A stretch of 63,902 bases of DNA, filler included, from Trichosphaerium sp. ATCC 40318 (GCA_038496445.1; 3 parts of 3 records of this genome joined end to end with filler, not necessarily neighbours in it); one strand, 5' to 3'. Positions 1 to 12,614 are shown, counted from the whole stretch's first letter. The notes: a model not told the origin generated them from the sequence alone. Translations and numbers: made by a program.

Positions 1-133
1 ACTCTATTTCTTTTTACTGCATCCGTTCTGAGACGATCATTGACCAACAACAAAAGTTAGCATTAACGTTGTAACCAACGTGAGTTTGACATACATAACA
101 CAGTTTTATTTGCTAATTATCAAATAAGGCACA

Positions 134-1260
134 ATGGAATCGATTAAAAAGCTGAAGACTTCATTTAACGAAAACTCAGAAAAACTGCGTAAATTAGAAC
201 TACTAGATATTCCAACAGAGATTATCGCTCATTTGCTATCGTTCATCGGTGTCTCTGATCGATATCGGTTTCTCAGAGCTGTAAAGGATTGAGTGACGTC
301 ATTCATTGCTTTATTGGATACAACCACATCAATGTTCGTACAACAGCAAGTTGTTCTCGCCTCTCTGGCAGTCCACTTTTAAAAAACACCAAAATATCAC
401 TAAAGCGGTTCTCAAAAGCAACAGACACTGATCTCGCCTTTCTGGCTGGTGTCCAGTCTCTAGAACTCTCCAGTAATAATGAAATAACAGATAAGGGGCT
501 GTACTCCATCTGCGGTGTCCAGCATTTAGACATACGCTTCTGTACAGGCATTACAGATTGTGGCATAGAACAGCTTGCGAAACATTTAAAGTCAATTCAG
601 TTTTACTGCGAAAGACACGTGACAGATGTAGGTATGAAATCACTTGCTGGGGTACCTAAGATCGGTTTGGAATTTTGTAGAGTTACAGATGACGTGTTGA
701 ATGCGCTAGCTGGAGTTCATACAATTTACTTAAATGCTTGCCGACATATTACAGATTCAGGTATTTCAGCGTTAGCTGGTGTACATACTATTAGCTTAGC
801 TGGTACTTCAGTAACAGATAAGGGCGTAATGGCCTTAGGCGGGGTACATACCATTAATATTAGTGCGTGTCATGGCATTACAGGCGCGTGTATAAAAAAC
901 CTTTCAAGTGCATATGAAATTAATCTATCGGAAACAAATGCTACAGATGATTGGCTTTGTCAGCTTTCTAACGTTAAAATATTGAGACTGGCTCACTGTG
1001 AGCTCGTTACAGATACTGGAGTTTCAGCGTTATCTGAAGTACATACGCTTGATCTAGCTTCTTGTAAAGGCATCACTGCATCATGCATGAAAAGTTTGTC
1101 AAAAGCGTATAAAATTAATCTTTCACACACAAGCGCAACAGATGATTGGCTTGCTCCACTTTCAAGTGTCAAGGTACTAATACTATGGGGTTGTTCTGGT
1201 ATAACAGATAATTGTGTAACTGAATTAAGAGATAGAGCAGTAACAGTACATAAATTCTGA
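134..1260 (+). pseudogene. F-box + leucine-rich-repeat (AGVHTI-type) protein, 1-nt frameshift after the F-box
   Basis: ATG 134 reads MESIKK..LLDIPTEIIAHLLSFIGVSDRYRFLRA (F-box-like). The frame shifts near 279 into ORF 289-1260 with LxxLAGVHTIxLxxCxxITD repeats. Intronless. Could be an assembly error. Confidence 0.75.
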
Positions 1261-1269
1261 AAGGTGTAT

Positions 1270-1548
1270 TTATTTCAAGTGAGCTTGTTTCTCGTAATTT
1301 TCAATAAAATCATCAGATACCTCTGTTACACGTGTGCGAACGTTAGTATTTGACAACAAGGTAATGTCACATAATATCTGGCGCCAAATTCTTGCAGGTA
1401 ATAGTCCAGCTACAGCAATAAACTGCTCTGGTGTAAACATGATAGGTATAGGATCAGGTCCAAGATAGTGTTTATAAGCCTCACGAAGGTAGTCCCATCT
1501 ATTGTGAGTGTATTGTTTAATTTGTTGAGTAAGAGAATGGTTGACCAT
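1270..1548 (-). CDS. Hypothetical protein, probably the last exon of a spliced gene
   Basis: 92-aa ORF with a polypyrimidine acceptor upstream near 1655; no family recognised. Confidence 0.3.
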   Translation of the reverse strand: MVNHSLTQQIKQYTHNRWDYLREAYKHYLGPDPIPIMFTPEQFIAVAGLLPARIWRQILCDITLLSNTNVRTRVTEVSDDFIENYEKQAHLK

Positions 1549-2344
1549 TTTATCTGTGCTTGCACAATTGCATTTTCTAGATCTCTTACATGCCTTATAA
1601 CTTTTTCAAAGACGCATATGTTAGGGCATAGGTAATAAATCTGGTCTCCGTTTGCTGCACAAGCAAAAAAAAAATCAGAATTGATTGTGATATTTTGATT
1701 GAAAGGTTGTTGTACGCATTTTCATATTCATATTTTCCCCTTGTCTCAATGTAACCTCTTCTCTAAAGAAGATTTCTATCATGGTGTATGTCCTCATGCG
1801 TGTGTGATATGCGTCTGCACCTGTCAACAATTATTATTTTACAAAGATTTTATTTAGATTACATACCCGCTGAGAAGCTTGGTGGATGTACAATACTACC
1901 GCTTATACAAGCAGTGTAATAGTTCAAAAGGTAATAATAATAACCATCTATTATTTTTTGTTGTGCCCGGTGGTTTTTTTTTGTGTACTCCATTGTTTTT
2001 TGAAGATGTGTTGTTTAATGCGTTGTATTTTGAAATATATGATTAATTGAGCAGATTGATTTTTGATTGATTTTCCAAAACAAGCCAAAAAACACTTTGA
2101 ATAGTGTTGATTGAGTAAACGTGTCCACCCTAGAAGAAACTCAGTCGCCAATGTTCTACAATGGCAGCAATGAAATAATACTTTTGTGAGTTATGAGAAC
2201 AGGACGCCGAAAGTTGTTTTCAATCAAAGATTGACTGTGAGAATCAATCTGTTAGACAACAGTTTAACCGCTATTTGAGTTCTTTTAGTGCGAGACCTAA
2301 GGCAGATGTGTTGTCTCATTTTTCAAATAAAACCGTAGTAAACA

Positions 2345-2974
2345 ATGGCTAGACTATACTATGAGCAAGGAACGCCTATTGATGAATTTTGTAAAGCAAA
2401 CAAACCAACAGGCACAACTGGAAACGTTTTACATGCGCATTGGATTCAAGTACATTCGCCAGTATTTTCCTGGGCGTCCATTAACTCTGAAATGATACAC
2501 CAGCACACAGATTTGTTCAAACTTAATATGAAGGATATACGAGCGTTTAGAACCCGACTGGATACTCTAGCACGTAAAAGTAACTGCCGTGTCGGCAAAT
2601 GGATGCTAAAAATCAACGAAAGCCAAGTAAACAAGTGCTGGACGATTATTGCCTCAGCTGTTGCTACAGGCAAGCTTGGCAGTAATATTTCAACGAAAGT
2701 ATCAACTACAAAAGGTAATAAAGCCATGAAAGAACAAGAGTATACGATATGCGTCTACACACCTGATTACTTTGATAAAAGACATGTGTTCTATGTGCGA
2801 GAACAATTACGAGGGCTTGGCGTTGACGAGATGTGCTGTGAGACAATTTACTACAAACCAGACTTGTTCACCATTCTACAAGCCTTTGAACCGTCTGATC
2901 CTAAAGGAACTACGTTTATCTATATTGATGGTGACGGTAACTCTGGATCAATGTGGTATTGCACGTGCTTGTAA
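2345..2974 (+). CDS. DUF1917 / BLES03 (C11orf68-like) eIF4E-fold protein
   Basis: Motifs GKWML, TKVST, ICVYTPDYFDK..V..VREQLRGLG and YKPDLFT. Confidence 0.8.
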   Translation: MARLYYEQGTPIDEFCKANKPTGTTGNVLHAHWIQVHSPVFSWASINSEMIHQHTDLFKLNMKDIRAFRTRLDTLARKSNCRVGKWMLKINESQVNKCWTIIASAVATGKLGSNISTKVSTTKGNKAMKEQEYTICVYTPDYFDKRHVFYVREQLRGLGVDEMCCETIYYKPDLFTILQAFEPSDPKGTTFIYIDGDGNSGSMWYCTCL

Positions 2975-3078
2975 TTTGTTAAAGTTACCATAAAAGGAAA
3001 TTCCCGATAGTAAAATTAAGTCAAACAGCGTTGTTAAGGAAAGACCTTTAAAAATTCACTCAGCTAACAAAGCATAAA

Positions 3079-3992
3079 ATGTCAGATCTTACAGCAGAGG
3101 AGAAAGCACAACGCGAAGAGGCACGCATTCTTGGTTCTTTTAATCGCGCAAGGAAACGACAACAAGGGTACATTTTCTATTACTAATAGCTAGCGCACTA
3201 AACCATGTTAGCCAAGTTAGTGCACCTACTACAAAAACTGGTGAAACTACACAAACGAGCGATAAACCGAAATTCGACTGGCGTGCTCAACAGGCGCGTA
3301 AAGAACGCGAATTAAAGGAAAGAGAAGAAGCAAGACGAAAGGAGAAAGAAGCGAAACTCGCCTCATTACCGGCAATTTCCACTGAATCAGCGCAACAAGG
3401 CATGGACGGAGAAGAATTTGATATGCAGAGCGCAGTTGTTGAAATCAAGACGTTCGATTACCCAGAGGCTCAACCTGAGGAAGAACCTGATATAGTAGTT
3501 GTACGCTAGGCATTTTTAAATTCTCAACAACAAAACTGCAAATTATGTGTTATCTTCCGTGAAGCTAACTTACTCAATGTAGGCTAGCGAGGTATTTGGC
3601 GACGTAAACACCGCTGAACAAGAGCAAGGCAGGCTCAACAAACATATTTACGGCCAAAAGGAAGCTCCTCCTCCAAAACCAGCACCAGCAAAGCCAGAAC
3701 CTTCTCAAGAAGAGAAAGACGTAGCTGAGCGTATGCAACGAAAAGTACGTTATGATTTTAAGCAGTTTTCAACAAAGTGTAACAAACTGACATATTCTTT
3801 AGATACAAGAGCGTTTAAATAAATGGCAACAAACACAAAAGGAAAAGCCTGAACCAGAGCCTAAACCAGCATCAAACCAAAATGACACACAACTTTTTAA
3901 GTACGTCTCCACCCTTTTCGTACAAACGGTATTGATTGCGTAATAGGAAACAAGCAGCGGCTAGTAGACTCACAAACTTATTGGGTATCTAA
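3079..3992 (+). CDS. Multi-exon charged/coiled-coil hypothetical protein
   Basis: Five exons joined by GT-AG introns: MSDLTAEEKAQREEAR..FDWRAQQARKERELKERE..KQAAASRLTNLLGI*. Confidence 0.6.
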
Positions 3993-4140
3993 TTGAAAAC
4001 CAACGTAACCAAACCAAACAACGCCATCACCTGGGTTGTTTTCTAGTTCCAATGTACAATAAAAACGCAAAATGAACTATTATTGTTGACTTGTAAAAAA
4101 ATACCCAAAACTATTATTATTTCACGTGTAGCACAACACT

Positions 4141-5834
4141 ATGGCTTTTAAAAAATTCAAGCATGGCCTCAGTAAGGCAAAGGACGCAGTACGTTGATGT
4201 TATACCCATAATTACTGAGTTTGAGAAGACTGTACACGCATTCCACAGAGGGCCTCAAGGAAAAGACGAGGAGTTCAACATACAATACCGGTTGTATAAG
4301 AACCATTATGAAGCGCTCAAAAAATTAGATAAGCACATAACTGCCTATTCGTCTGCAGTTCAACGTATGATAACAACACAAACCTATCTAATGTAAATAA
4401 GACATGCTTGACGCCCAAAAGCAAATTGCGGAAGATCTAAACGCGATGTTTGCTGAAGACCCAGAACAGATACACATACGCCAATTCGTCTCCCAATATT
4501 TTGAGGCGACCAGTGCAATGTCGGATGCCAAGAGAGACGTCCTTGTACGTCCGGACTATCTTTAACGTACAACAATTGACGTTTATAGGATGAAACGAAT
4601 AAGACTGAAATACAGGACCCAATCAACCACTACCTGATGCAATTTCGAGAAATTGGTGTACGTCGCATAAAACCGCTAGCAAGTACCTGATTCATACTTG
4701 CAGGATCGTTGTAAGGAGCGTAACAAGCGTTATATGGATAAGCATAAGCTAGAGAACGACCTCGCAAAATACCGTGCAAAGGGTGACCCTAGAATTGCTG
4801 GTGTAAGCTTGCCCGCATCAAGAATTCAAGTGGATTTACAGATTTTTTTTTTAGACTGAGCGTAAACTTGAAGGCGTGGCTCAATCCTACGAAGACGTTA
4901 ACCAAGAGATCATTAAAGATATCCCAATACTTTACAACGATCGTGGGGTCTTTTTGGAACCTGTTTTAGCTTTGGTGCGTACAACTAGACTGTGTATACA
5001 TGAGTAACATGACGTCATCTCATTTTATAACCTTGTTTCTCATTGATTTGTTTGATCTTTTTTCTTTTGATTTCTAGAGCTGACAGGTGTACATAGTTCG
5101 TTGATGGTCAAGTAGAATTCTCAAAAGGTAAGACAATCAGTATAATTTGATATTGAAAAAAAAAAGTTCGCGAATATTTACGTTTCTTTAGTATTGCAAG
5201 AACATATGCTTCGACTCCAACAAGCTTGTTCATCAATAGATAAGCAACGTATTCATAGTCACCCGCCTGTTATTACCCCAAGAGAGAACAGTGCGGTTAC
5301 AAAAGTGTACACGACTGGACCAGGACAAGTGGACGATAATCCATTCGCAAATCAATCCGTTGCTCTACCTACTCATGGTACTGACCAACCTGCTGGAAGT
5401 CCGTACTCTAGAGCTGCACCTACTCCTCAACCACAAGGTGGTGGAAATCCTTACTCGAGAGCATCACCTGTTCCAACACCACAAGCAACTTACGGTGCAC
5501 CTGCTCCTCAACCGGGTTACTCAGCTCCAGCTCCTCAGCCGCAGGGCACAGGCAATCCCTATGGACGTGCAGTACCACCGCCGCGCAACGCTGGGCCACC
5601 TCCACGGAGTGCAGGTGCGCTTTTTTTTTTCTTCCGAATTTGTTTTTTGTTTACTTTATCGTAGGCTTGGGTACAGCCACTGCGTTATGGGATTTTGCTG
5701 GCGTAGACGCAACCGAGCTATCATTCAAAGCCGGTGACAAAATTACAGTGCTGGAGAAGATGGGTCCAGAGTGGTGGCGTGGAGAATTGCGCGGTGCGCA
5801 AGGTCTCTTCCCAGCGAACTACGTTAAAATGTAG
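4141..5834 (+). CDS. BAR domain - Pro-rich linker - SH3 protein (amphiphysin/Rvs167/endophilin-like)
   Basis: Spliced N-terminus MAFKKFKHGLRPQGKDEEFNIQY.. followed by helical BAR-like exons, a P/Q/G linker with an NPF motif, and a C-terminal SH3 ATALWDF..ELSFKAGDKI..WWRG..GLFPANYV. Confidence 0.85.
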
Positions 5835-5930
5835 AAGATTGTTATTTGAGTGTAAAAAAAATATATCGGTTTTTACCACTTTTGACTTCTGTTGCCCTGC
5901 TAGCTCAGCAATTATCAACTTGTAAACAGC

Positions 5931-6460
5931 ATGATTCGCCCTGTTATTAACGCTCTCAATAGAGCGGGTCACCAACTCACAAACGAAGCCAGGCAATACG
6001 CAGGCGCAAAATACGGCTCCAAAGAGTTTGGTCTTTACCACATGCACTTATTTGAGGGCTCCAACCTCAGAGCAGTGGCCGACACAGTAAAATCAATGCG
6101 CAATGGTTGGCACAAAATCTTCACCCTAAACCTTACCAAGGGTGAATTCTACCTTGGCATACCTGGTGCTCTCTGTTTTACTTGGATGGGTATGATGTAC
6201 GGCTCTGCTTTGGGTGGAAGACACTTGAGAGGCTACTTAGGTACGTAATTAGCGCTAAAATAATTTAATAACGAGGTATTACAGATATTCCTGCCCACTG
6301 GGTCACAGATAAGGAAGAATACGAGTTATGGGGTCCTCAATTGCTCCACTCCTTTCAATTTCGTCAACCGTACGCAGACGTAAACAGAGCGAGATTAAAC
6401 GACCACACTGAATACGCTGGCGCTGAAACCGCTCCAGTAGAAGCCCATGGCCACCACTAG
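5931..6460 (+). CDS. Probable mitochondrial ATP synthase subunit g-like membrane protein (2 exons)
   Basis: Presequence-like start and a hydrophobic segment ending GMMYGSALGGRHLRGY (cf. subunit g GxxxGRRxxxGY). Intron 6241-6284 extends the frame to ..EAHGHH*. Confidence 0.45.
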
Positions 6461-7245
6461 ACTTGTTTATCAACCTCTCAGACATTATGAACTTGATATT
6501 CACTTTCATAAGTGTGTAGAACCGACTGTCCTTTAAAAAAAAAAATTTTACTCACTACCACAATAATATCACGCGTAAGCGTTACCTTTGACGTTAAAAA
6601 GTCGTTACTATTTTTTTTTCTTTCAAACAATGCGCTTTTGCTTATTTCTTTTACTGACTTCACCACACGCTTTGTAAGAGACAAGGTAATCGATATGATG
6701 CCCCAGAACACTAGAAGGACAAGAACTGCTTGCGTTTCATAGATTTTGAATTTTTCTAAAAAAACGCTGCGCAAGATAATTCTCGTATTTTTGTATGTAC
6801 AAAGATTGCTTGGGCAGTGGTGAGTTGCATATATGAAGCGGTTGTGTCTTCATGTAGTGTGAATGTTTTTGGGTCAACAATCGGTTAAAGTGTTGACATG
6901 TACCGGAGCTTAATGCTGACGCGTTGCATTGCCTTTCTGAGTCATGTCAGTGGCGCCTGTCGACAAGACTGTGAGATAATGAATTCACTTAATTTGTTAA
7001 GTCAGTACCGAGTGCAACTACCCACTGCGCTGGAGTTCTGCAGAGATTTTATACTACCAGCGATAAACGCGTTGAATAATACCAATCAGACCGCTATTTA
7101 TTTACAATGGAGCCCGCTCCAAAACAGAAGGTACAATTGCGATTTTAAAGCGCAAAGCGTACTAAATAACGTATAAAATAGATGAATACCTCTGTAGCGA
7201 GTAAGTGCCATATTTTATACATTCCTTTGGAGTTACATTATCGAC

Positions 7246-8640
7246 ATGGATGTACAACGCGACCTGTTTATTGGATGGCCTTATTTATCTAAACGTGCAG
7301 CAATAAACTCAATGAGATACGACGATGAACTGAACAAACACGGTAAATGGTTAGAATTTCGATATGAACAGGTGCGTAAGGGTGTTCCTATAAAGTTATA
7401 CGTAGTAAAACAAACGTATTGGAGTCATGGTAAACTAAATGGAGAGATGAAAACGTGGTATGAGGGTGGGCTAGTGTTAAAGTCATCATATATTTATGTT
7501 AATGACAAAAAAGAAGGAGAATACAAGAAGTGGTCTAATAATGGGCAATTATGTGAGCGTTGCAATTACATTGATGATAAAAGAAATGGAGAGTGTACTA
7601 CATGGTATGACAATGGCCAAGTGTATGTTATGTGTAATTATGTCAATGGTATACTAGAAGGAGAGTACAAGAGATGGTATTGTGGCTTGTTACAGAACAA
7701 TGGATTAAAACTAGGAGAGACTCACAATGAACAACAATTGTGTGTACTAAGCCATTATTGTAATGGGAAACTACATGGCGAGCGCAAAGTCTGGTATTCG
7801 AATGGTGACCTGAAAAACAAATGTCTTTATAACCATGGCAATGGAGAAGGAGAATATAAGCAATGGCATATTGGAGGCCAAATAGAAAAGCAGTTTAACT
7901 ACTTAGATGGTGAACCACATGGACAAATAAAGCTGTGGTACCAAGACGGATCTTTGTGTGAGCTAAGCACATGCATTAATGGTAAGCGTGAAGGAGAGTA
8001 CAAGAGATGGGACATGGATGGTTCACTAGAGGAGAAATGCAATTTTATTCGTGGTGTAAGAAATGGAGAGTACAAGATGTGGATAGGTGGTGTACTATTA
8101 CACCAATGCATTTACATCAACGATGCATTGGATGGAGTGAAGAAGACATGGGAAAATGGAGTTTTGAAGAAAGAATGTAATTATGTTAAGGGTGAACAAG
8201 ATGGAGTATATAAGTGCTGGTCTGAGAATAATAAAAGGGAAGAGATAAGTTATGTCAAAGGGAAACGTGAAGGAGAGCATAAAAAGTGGTCAAAAGACAA
8301 TCTGTACTTTTTTTGCAATTATGTTAATGACAAACTTGATGGAGAATATAAGCAATGGTATGGTAAAGTATTACATGAGCATTCTCATTACACTAATGGT
8401 AAACTACATGGAGAGTACAAGAAGTGGGGATTCAATGGTAAATTAAAAGTCCATTGCCATTATTCAGAAGGTGAATGGAATGGCGAGTACAAAGAGTGGC
8501 ATGATGATGGCGAACTGTATATTCATTGTCATAAAATCAATGGTGACAATGAAGGAGAGTATAGAATGTGGAGAAATGGTAAATTGTGTATGCACTGTTG
8601 TTATAAAAATGGGGAAGTACAAGCAATCCAGAATTGCTAA
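7246..8640 (+). CDS. MORN-repeat variant (MORN_2/YwqK-like) protein, intronless
   Basis: Tandem GEYKxWYxNGxLxxxCxYxNG repeats over 464 aa. Confidence 0.85.
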   Translation: MDVQRDLFIGWPYLSKRAAINSMRYDDELNKHGKWLEFRYEQVRKGVPIKLYVVKQTYWSHGKLNGEMKTWYEGGLVLKSSYIYVNDKKEGEYKKWSNNGQLCERCNYIDDKRNGECTTWYDNGQVYVMCNYVNGILEGEYKRWYCGLLQNNGLKLGETHNEQQLCVLSHYCNGKLHGERKVWYSNGDLKNKCLYNHGNGEGEYKQWHIGGQIEKQFNYLDGEPHGQIKLWYQDGSLCELSTCINGKREGEYKRWDMDGSLEEKCNFIRGVRNGEYKMWIGGVLLHQCIYINDALDGVKKTWENGVLKKECNYVKGEQDGVYKCWSENNKREEISYVKGKREGEHKKWSKDNLYFFCNYVNDKLDGEYKQWYGKVLHEHSHYTNGKLHGEYKKWGFNGKLKVHCHYSEGEWNGEYKEWHDDGELYIHCHKINGDNEGEYRMWRNGKLCMHCCYKNGEVQAIQNC

Positions 8641-8759
8641 TTCCGGATTTGTGAAAGAAAGACTAATACCTTTGATTCGAGGAAACAAACCAAATAAACT
8701 GTGTTGACTATACCTGACACTATGAACACTGGCAAAAAACCCAGGTTTGTTTTCTTCAG

Positions 8760-9169
8760 ATTTACAATGAGCCTGAGTTTATTGTTCGTACTATGTGGAG
8801 ACAGTATGCTGGTTGGTTTGATCAAATACCAAATCACCTTCACTCTGCCCCTATGAATAAAATAGGTAATGCAGTCTCAAGTATAGCTGGGTGCCCAAAG
8901 ACAGTAGCCGACAAAGCATTGACTGAGAATAAAGACGGAAATACAGGCGTTGCAAGGATATTGGTACAGCACTAAAAAAACAGAACTAGTTGTTTCTAAA
9001 TAGGATTTAGGTTGATTACGCGATTGCTGCAGGGCCTGAATTGAAGAGTATATTGCTTGCTAGAGAGAAGATATACCAAGACAGTGTCGAAAAAGCAACA
9101 AGCCTTATGTCAAAGGGCATTTACCAAGCTGTTGTGAACGATATGAAAACACAGCTTTCACAGCTTTAG
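8760..9169 (+). pseudogene. C-terminal fragment of an alkyl-sulfatase-like (SdsA1 dimerisation region) gene
   Basis: IYNEPEFIVRTMWRQYAGWFDQIPNHLHSAP..IAG, a short intron, then VDYAIAAGP..AREKIY..ATSLMSKGIYQAV*. No metallo-beta-lactamase N-terminus is visible upstream. Confidence 0.6.
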
Positions 9170-9754
9170 CTGAACAACAAAATGTAATTAAAAATCCATT
9201 GTAAAGGACATTGTGCTTGAATAAATATACCTTCAATGGTAAACAACGCCGTCAGTAGTTTTATTTTCAAAAAAATAAGCCAAACGAGGTATTTAATCAC
9301 ATTTAATTGATCATTTTTTGATGTCACAACTTCAGTACAGTCAATGATTTACGAAAGACTTCAAATTTTCAGCCATTTAAGCCTTGTAGGTGACCAACTA
9401 TATTGAATCGCTCATACTACTCCGCATCTTTGCCGGCATTGGTCTAAACCACTATAGCCATGCAATGCCAACGCGCTATGATAAATTTTGTGCTCTTGTT
9501 TGGCATATGGCTCCGATGCGTACAGAGACTGTGATATAGATGTATGTTGGCGACTTCCGAAACCCTAGTGGTCAGCGTGGCGGGTGAGAAAGAGCGTGGC
9601 AGTTTTTTTAGCTCAAAATGGTTAATTTTCACTGAAAAATAACTTATTTCACGTGTACTCGAGACAACGCGGTCTCGTTCTCAAATTACTCGTGAATACG
9701 TTTGTATCGACTTGCAAACATAATCTTTCAACACCAAAGACCAAAACAACAACA

Positions 9755-10422
9755 ATGACGCAACAACTTGTAATCGAAACACTTCTAGTAGTAATCTGTA
9801 TTCTTGCATGTGTGCATGGATCCGAGCAAGGATTCAGCACTTCACGTCCATCTATACCTGTGTGTGAAGGTGATACTATCGCTCACGAGATCTACACAGT
9901 GTCAAGAACTGGCGGAAATGGCAATGGTATCTCCGATACTATTGTGTACAACATGGGATTCTACAATGACCCAAGGATCATTGGACGTCTTACTTTTGGT
10001 GACGCTAGTGCAGGCTGTTCTTCATCCACAACTGATGTTTGTTGCAATGCTGAACAATCTATTTGCCTCAGACCCGTATGTAACTTATATAATTCTTGGT
10101 GGGCTGACTCGCTTTTCAATAGCATGCCTCTGCACCTTATCTCGCCTTTGCCATTCCAACGAACACTACAACATGTACTGTTTATCATTACGAAACAGAT
10201 TCATTCACAAGCACTCGTGGATTATTGTTTGCAACTGATGACGGTGTATGTCTTTTTTTTTTTTTTTTGACATTGCAGTTTGTAACCTCTCTTTAGAATA
10301 CTGGATGTAACGTTAACGGTGGATGGCCCTGCTTCATGATTGGTAGTTCAGATATCCAACCAATACCTATGGGCACTTATAGTAACTACGTCATAGACTG
10401 CATCAAACCGTGTTCTTCATAG
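9755..10422 (+). CDS. Secreted cysteine-containing hypothetical protein (3 exons)
   Basis: Signal peptide MTQQLVIETLLVVICILACVHG. Introns near 10076-10122 and 10246-10297 keep the frame to ..DCIKPCSS*. Confidence 0.65.
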
Positions 10423-10621
10423 ACAAATAAATGCCAAACTCATGGTTCCCTAAGTTCTGACTGTATGTATTCTTTCAAAAAAATGTCATTGTCACATCAC
10501 CTCGTGTTACTTTTTGTTTCTGGTTCAGTAGTATCTATTAATGCACAACGATTGAAGGCAAGTTAATTTCTTTTATTATTGGTTTCTGTTTCCTTAAACT
10601 GGTGAACTGGTAAATGACCGT

Positions 10622-10762
10622 CTATTCTTCAACCTTTTTGCCATTTTTATAATACATTGCACTTCTAGTTCACCGTTATAATACCAACACTTATACTCTC
10701 CATGCCGCTCGTCGTTTATGTAAAAACAATGCTCATTTAATGAACCGTCTTCGTACCACCTT
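10622..10762 (-). pseudogene. MORN-variant gene 3' remnant
   Basis: Reads RWYEDGSLNEHCFYINDERHGEYKCWYYNGELEVQC, frameshift, YKNGKKVEE*; 5' truncated. Confidence 0.65.
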
Positions 10763-12008
10763 TACTTTACTTTTATTTGTCTACGCGCCGGGACTGACCC
10801 ATTCTTACGCAAGCCTACATTGGCGCTCACTAATTTGGATTGTTTTCGTCTTCTTCGAAAAAACAGTCTAAGAATAGATCACATTGTAAATTACTGTTAT
10901 TGGTGTTTTAGGCATCCTGTAAACAACATGTCACAGCTTCAGGAATATGTTTTTCGTTCAACGTGTTGCACTTTCCTTTTGGCTGTACCATGTGATTTTT
11001 AATTCGCATTGTGTTGGCGTGCTGTGTAATTAATAGCAATTATCATAAGCTGTTAATGTAGCATCCTGAAGGTTACATAGAGGCTAATTTAACGGAATAT
11101 TGGAGAACTCTAATTGAAGTGTTTATCTTTGCTTGTATTGGTTGGAATATCCCTATAAAATTAGAATAAAATAAGAAAAACTGTATAATCCGGTTTGTGC
11201 ACAGCCACAATGCTTGTAATCCAGGTTTGTTCAATAATGGCCGATGTGCTAGTTTAAAGGTTATGCACTATTTCCAAGCCCATTGAGATGCAAACGCTCA
11301 AACGCGAAACAAAGGCGATTGTTTCACGAATACACGCTAACCCCTTTTTGTATACTCCTACTCATGTCTAGCACATGGGCATACTTTAATTGGGGACTGT
11401 TCACGTGGCCTATTATTGACTAACCCTGAATGATTGTTTCTCAGTTCCAAATGATTTTGATGTACCACATCCTATCAATCGTATAAAAAGACCAGTTGCA
11501 TTCAAATTGTAGTACTCTTCAATAACATCTACATCCCATACTAGTTTCTTATCAAGCACACATACAAAGCTAAACATTAGTTGAGTACTATAATAGTATT
11601 GTCAGGAATCTTAAAAGGTCATACTTTCCAGATATATTTTTTGAAGTTGATGCAACAATAGTCACGTGTTTAAAAGGTTGATGATGTACGGTGATACATA
11701 TTGAACTTTGATCGCTTTAATATACTACAGTAAAGACATTAGCACTATTTGTTGATAAATCAATAAGATCAGAGCGAATTCCTATCTCACAAACTCAAAA
11801 AGCCCTTGTCGTTTAGCGTTACTACGCCAAAAAGTCGTTTTCGTACCGTAGATTCTCCATTTCCATCAATAACATCCATACAGCTTATGATTGGTAGACA
11901 GCATACGAGGGCTACTACATCACGTTAGTAATAGCGTACGAGGAGTTAAGTAAATTATTGACGTACCTAAACACGCAGCGCACCTGTTATTACACCAATG
12001 ATCTTCTG

Positions 12009-12386
12009 TGTCATATACATGCGTCACGTGATCACTTAGATAGCTTACACCTATATATTCATGGCTTATTGGTTATTGTTCTGTGAATACTTCACGCTCC
12101 AACTCTTTCCTTATTCGCTAATTCTAGGTTCTTGTATTTTACTAATCGTTCACATATTGGCTCCGTGATGCTTCGTGTAGACTATGTAAACCATTATCGA
12201 TGCCTATAGTCTATTGGGATGTTATTATCACGAAACTTGTTCACGAAGCCACTCGAAGTCTATTCAGGATGTTTCACACGCCACGAGATACACTCTCTTA
12301 CTAGAAACGCTCATAAAAGACCTTGTAACACGTTCATGTAATAAACAGATTTAACTACTTACACAAGCGTTACAACATCTCTTACA
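12009..12386 (+). repeat. 5' LTR
   Basis: Direct repeat of 18339-18716. Confidence 0.97.
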
Positions 12387-12614
12387 TTGGCGACACGATC
12401 ATTATTTTTATACCTTTGCGTCTCCTCCCGAGACACATTTCTTTCACAAACTACTCACGCACTTTGCTTGGTGTGGGAGAATCTATACGTCGTAATCGTA
12501 GCTCTGTCAAAATACTTGTGGGCTGGTAGAAAACGCCCTCCATAACAGCTACGTCATTACTGCTTTACGTTCAACGTCTCTTTTCGAAGCTTTCCTTTAT
12601 CACACATTCACACA

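Noticed and set aside
6478-7176. Short ORFs 6478-6774, 6512-6742 and 6898-7176
   Set aside because: No motifs or convincing gene structure.
7246-8640. Bacterial YwqJK toxin-antitoxin system or bacterial contamination
   Set aside because: No toxin partner is present, and the gene is embedded among spliceosomal-intron genes.
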